From NCBI GenBank assembly GCA_048885925.1, contig JBHLLG010000053.1, forward strand, positions 1 through 20,041: DNA of 20,041 bases. The letters are read 5' to 3'. This DNA comes from Candidatus Hermodarchaeota archaeon (lineage in GTDB: Archaea; Asgardarchaeota; Lokiarchaeia; Sigyniarchaeales; SOKP01). The notes below the pieces were generated by a model, which was given only the letters and a program-made list of their open reading frames with translations, was not told where the DNA came from and ran no database searches. Position 1 is the first letter of the stretch. Each line of letters begins with the position of its first letter. A program made the translations under genes and the position numbers. Of this stretch, positions 16,655-20,041 are shown in pieces.

Positions 16655-18094
16655 TTATGGTCTCCCCCTTTCAGGACGACATTTCCAATAATAATTTTTA
16701 AATTCAGCACCTTCATGCTCTTTTCTGAAGGTTAGTTCTACTCTCATACCTATTTTGACATTTTCTTCTGGCTTTTCAATCTCTGTCATGTTTAGTAGAA
16801 CCCTTCCACCGCCATCGAGATCAATTACACATCGAGGTACTGGTATATCTAAATATGTGCCACCTACTAAATGATCTAAAGTGAATGTAAAAATTGTGCC
16901 TTTTAATGAAAGTTTCACTCGTTCCAGTTGATCGTCTGCTCTACAAACATAACATGACCTTAACATATCTGGATATTGAATCGTTCCGCAATTCTTACAT
17001 TTAACACCGTACCACTTGTAAATAGAAGCAGCATCACGCCAGATTGTCACAGGTGAGCTCTTTCTCTTATATCTATCCTTTTCAAGATACTCTTTAAATT
17101 CAAGAAATTTATTGTAATTTTTTAGCGATATCATAGATTTTTGATTTGTAACAAGACCCATTCGAGATTTTCCTAATTTTCTCAGAGCGTCTCTATCATG
17201 AACCTTTATTAAGATAGCATCCGCCCCATCTCCAAATCCTGCCATAATTATCCGTGCATCTGGTTTTGGCCTTCTTAAAGCTCCAATTAAAAGGATAAAC
17301 GGCATTGGTGTTCCTAAATCACCAAGTTGAAAAAATACACTATTTTGGGCAACTCCTCCAGCGAACTTCATTATTTTTGAGACTTTACCATGTAATCTAG
17401 GATTATTGTAATAATATGCAGCAGCATCGATATCTTCGGGTTTTAAATTATTTTTTTTTAATAATTCAGCCATTGCTTTAGTAATACACTCAAAATAGAA
17501 TTTTGTATCCATTTTCACTTCAAAAGTTCGTATAAAATTATCCTTGCCTGTCCTTTTCCAAGGTCCAGTAACATTGGCAGATACGGAATAATAATCGTCT
17601 ATAGATAAAGGTAGATTATCCTCTTCTGCTATAAGTAAAGCAGCAGCACCATCAGCAAATCCATATTCCCACATTGTTGAAGGTTCTGGAGCTCTCGTAT
17701 CTGCTACAACTACAAGAATGCTTTTAATATCTTTATTGGCTTTTATTGTATCAACTGCTCTTGCTACTGCTGTCGTGCCAGCTTTTAAAGAATCAGTAAA
17801 ATCTGCAGTAATAATATCTTCTCTCATATCTAATACCGTAGCAATTAAGGAAGCAGAATCCTTTTCTGTATATACTTGAGTTGTCGTCGCAAAAAACAAT
17901 CCATCAATGGTCTTAGGATCAAAGCCACTCAAGGCGTCCAAACCCGCTTCTACTCCCATTGTAAGGCTATCTTCATCTGCCATAGCAATTGATTTAGTGC
18001 CAGGTACTATTGGGAATTCCCAAGCCTTACCTATTAATTCCCGTGGTAATAAATATCGAGGCAAATAGACTCCATATGATTTTATTCCAATCAA
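16655..18094 (-). CDS. HMG-CoA synthase/KAS III-like domain fused to DUF35 (Zn ribbon + OB fold) thiolase partner
   Basis: GIKSYGVYLPRY, DEDSLTM and DGAAA motifs; SLKAGT at the usual ACKAGT position; C-terminal CKNC...CYVC and GMRVELTFR. Confidence 0.88.
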   Translation of the reverse strand: MIGIKSYGVYLPRYLLPRELIGKAWEFPIVPGTKSIAMADEDSLTMGVEAGLDALSGFDPKTIDGLFFATTTQVYTEKDSASLIATVLDMREDIITADFTDSLKAGTTAVARAVDTIKANKDIKSILVVVADTRAPEPSTMWEYGFADGAAALLIAEEDNLPLSIDDYYSVSANVTGPWKRTGKDNFIRTFEVKMDTKFYFECITKAMAELLKKNNLKPEDIDAAAYYYNNPRLHGKVSKIMKFAGGVAQNSVFFQLGDLGTPMPFILLIGALRRPKPDARIIMAGFGDGADAILIKVHDRDALRKLGKSRMGLVTNQKSMISLKNYNKFLEFKEYLEKDRYKRKSSPVTIWRDAASIYKWYGVKCKNCGTIQYPDMLRSCYVCRADDQLERVKLSLKGTIFTFTLDHLVGGTYLDIPVPRCVIDLDGGGRVLLNMTEIEKPEENVKIGMRVELTFRKEHEGAEFKNYYWKCRPERGRP

Positions 18095-18423
18095 TTTTTT
18101 TTCCCCTTTTTTAGTTTTAATCCTTATTCTAAAATTATTATTAATATAATTTTGAATGTATCACAATAAATATATTTCCTCAAATTTGAATGATAAAATA
18201 ATTTCAAAATTATGATATATCATTAAGACTTTTACTTTATTATACCTTTTATTTAAGGTAAAGTGCTATATCTTATAATAAAACAATAATATCATGCAAT
18301 TCTAAGATTTTAAAAGAGCATCCTTATTAAGGGGATAACTATGGGTAAGAATCTTCGAAAAGTTTTTCAAATTACCAATCATTATTCATTTATATTTAAT
18401 CAAATAATCACGTGAATTCAAAA

Positions 18424-19800
18424 ATGAATGGTCCTCCCGAACCTTTTAAGATTAAAATGATTGAGCATGTTAATATGCCCGATCAAAAAAGAAGAACTGA
18501 AGCTATAAGAGAAGCAGGTTATAATACATTTCTTTTAAAGTCTGAAGATGTTTATATTGATCTTCTCACTGATTCTGGAACATCTGCCATGTCAGATGCT
18601 CAGTGGTCAGCAATGATGTTAGGAGATGAGGCTTATGCTGGCGCTCGGAGTTTTTATAACCTTGAAAAAGCAGTACAAAATGTACTAGGGTATGAATATA
18701 TGGTTCCTACTCATCAAGGTCGTGGAGCAGAACATTTAATGTATGGTCATCTTACAAAACCGGGACAAGTAGTTGTAAGAAATATGTATTTCACAACCTC
18801 AAAAGCACATGTAGAATTAGCTGGAGGGACTATGCTTGATGCAATAATCGATGAGGCACATGATCCGCAGAATTTGCACCCTTTTAAAGGAAACATGGAT
18901 TTAAAAAAACTACAAGCAATTATAGATGAATATGGCCTTGAAAAAATTGCTTTTGTAAATGTAGAACTTAATGTCAATATGAGTGGAGGCCAACCTGTCT
19001 CAATGAAGAACCTAAGAGAGCTAAGAGAATTCTGTAATGAACACAAGTTAAAAATTATATTTGACGCAACAAGATCGAGTGAAAATGCATTTTTTATAAG
19101 AGAACGTGAAAAAGGATATGAAAATACTCCAATTGTTGATATCCTCAGAGAAATGATGAGTTATTCTGATGGATGTATATATAGTGCTAAGAAAGATTGC
19201 TTAGTCAATATGGGTGGTTTTTTAGCTACACATAGTAAAGATATCTTCGATTACACACGTGGAATGGTTGTCTTATTCGAAGGACTTCACACTTATGGCG
19301 GAATGGCCGGTCGAGATATGGAAGCTGTTGCTCAAGGTTTACGGGAAGGTGCTCAATATGAATATTTAAAATATCGAATTAATCAAGTACGTTATTTAGG
19401 ACAATTATTGGATAAAGCAGGAATTTCTATAGTAAAACCAATCGGTAGTCATGGTGTCTTCATTGATGCTTTAAAGTTCCTACCACACCTTCCGCGCGAC
19501 CAATGGCCAGCACAAACTCTCTCGGCTGCAATATATGAAGATTCTGCTGTTAGGACAATGGAGAGAGGTGCGGTTTCTAAAGGCAGAGATAAAATAACTG
19601 GTGAAAATGTTTTTCCTAAATTAGAACTTGTAAGACTTACAATTCCAAGACGAGTATATACTAATACTCATATGGAATATACCGCAGAATCAATAATAAG
19701 GCTTTACGAGAAGAGAGATACTATCCCAGGTCTAAAAATGGTTTTTGAACCAACACATTTACGATTTTTCCAAGCTCGATTTGAACAAGTTTCTCAATAA
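18424..19800 (+). CDS. tpl: Tyrosine phenol-lyase (beta-eliminating PLP lyase); GTG 18412 is an alternative start
   Basis: IDLLTDSGT, GDEAYAG and SAKKD (PLP Lys). TPL-type specificity motifs NMYFTT, MERG and LRFF, where tryptophanases have FDTT, EIG and LRHF. Confidence 0.87.
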   Translation: MNGPPEPFKIKMIEHVNMPDQKRRTEAIREAGYNTFLLKSEDVYIDLLTDSGTSAMSDAQWSAMMLGDEAYAGARSFYNLEKAVQNVLGYEYMVPTHQGRGAEHLMYGHLTKPGQVVVRNMYFTTSKAHVELAGGTMLDAIIDEAHDPQNLHPFKGNMDLKKLQAIIDEYGLEKIAFVNVELNVNMSGGQPVSMKNLRELREFCNEHKLKIIFDATRSSENAFFIREREKGYENTPIVDILREMMSYSDGCIYSAKKDCLVNMGGFLATHSKDIFDYTRGMVVLFEGLHTYGGMAGRDMEAVAQGLREGAQYEYLKYRINQVRYLGQLLDKAGISIVKPIGSHGVFIDALKFLPHLPRDQWPAQTLSAAIYEDSAVRTMERGAVSKGRDKITGENVFPKLELVRLTIPRRVYTNTHMEYTAESIIRLYEKRDTIPGLKMVFEPTHLRFFQARFEQVSQ

Positions 19801-19804
19801 TATA

Positions 19805-20041
19805 TTAAAATCTTTTTTCAAGCACAGTAATAATTGGTTGAAATCCTGCTTTAGCAAAAAGATCAAGTAATTTTTTATCTGTGGTGTAGGCGAGGTTAAT
19901 TCGAATAGAATCTGTTCCCCATGATTCAAGAATTTGAATCGCTTTATCAGCTAAGAGTTTCCCAACTCCCTTACCAATGAATTCTTTTTTTGTAGCCCAA
20001 TTATCTAAATAACCAATATATTGTCCAAGAGTATTTTTTAC
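19805..20041 (-). CDS. GNAT family N-acetyltransferase, 5'-truncated by the window edge
   Basis: Not in the ORF track. Translated by hand: VKNTLGQYIGYLDNWATKKEFIGKGVGKLLADKAIQILESWG...LFAKAGFQPIITVLEKRF*, which contains the acetyl-CoA-binding motif A. Confidence 0.75.
   Translation of the reverse strand, partial: VKNTLGQYIGYLDNWATKKEFIGKGVGKLLADKAIQILESWGTDSIRINLAYTTDKKLLDLFAKAGFQPIITVLEKRF

Noticed and set aside
15179-19046. ORFs 15179-15391, 15524-15730 and 18747-19046
   Set aside because: Antisense shadows of mscL, the thiolase and tpl.
18424-19800. Tryptophanase (tnaA) call
   Set aside because: The specificity residues match tyrosine phenol-lyase.

Overview
Very AT-rich, gene-dense archaeal DNA. 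Archaeal TATA-type promoters, GGTGA/GAGGT Shine-Dalgarno-like sites, oligo-T terminators and the gene families suggest an anaerobic Asgard (Lokiarchaeia-like) archaeon; this assignment is an inference. Positions 1-10.8 kb form a metal/Fe-S homeostasis island. It holds an Lrp/AsnC regulator with an extra Cys/His N-terminal arm, feoAB with a DtxR-type box and a DtxR-family repressor, and an 'orange-protein (Orp)-like' cluster: DUF5320, NifU/IscU, Mrp/ApbC, three NifB/NifX-family proteins, two MinD-type ATPases with ferredoxin inserts, a DUF134 regulator, OsmC and a small Cys4 protein. The main non-coding signal is a 14-bp palindrome, TGAAT-N4-ATTCA, found six times and only in this cluster's intergenic regions. 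Three copies sit exactly 5 nt before a YTTAAAT TATA box, so it is a candidate undescribed operator/regulon, most plausibly of DUF134. Two cluster genes appear to start at ATA or ATT. The right half encodes a QueG/RdhA-like Fe-S protein, a YdjM-like membrane hydrolase, a MoxR ATPase, a Zn-ribbon hypothetical protein, an apparently circularly permuted MscL, an SCP2-type thiolase with a pseudo-HMG-CoA-synthase/DUF35 fusion, a tyrosine phenol-lyase and a partial GNAT. I saw no rRNA, tRNA, CRISPR array or transposase.
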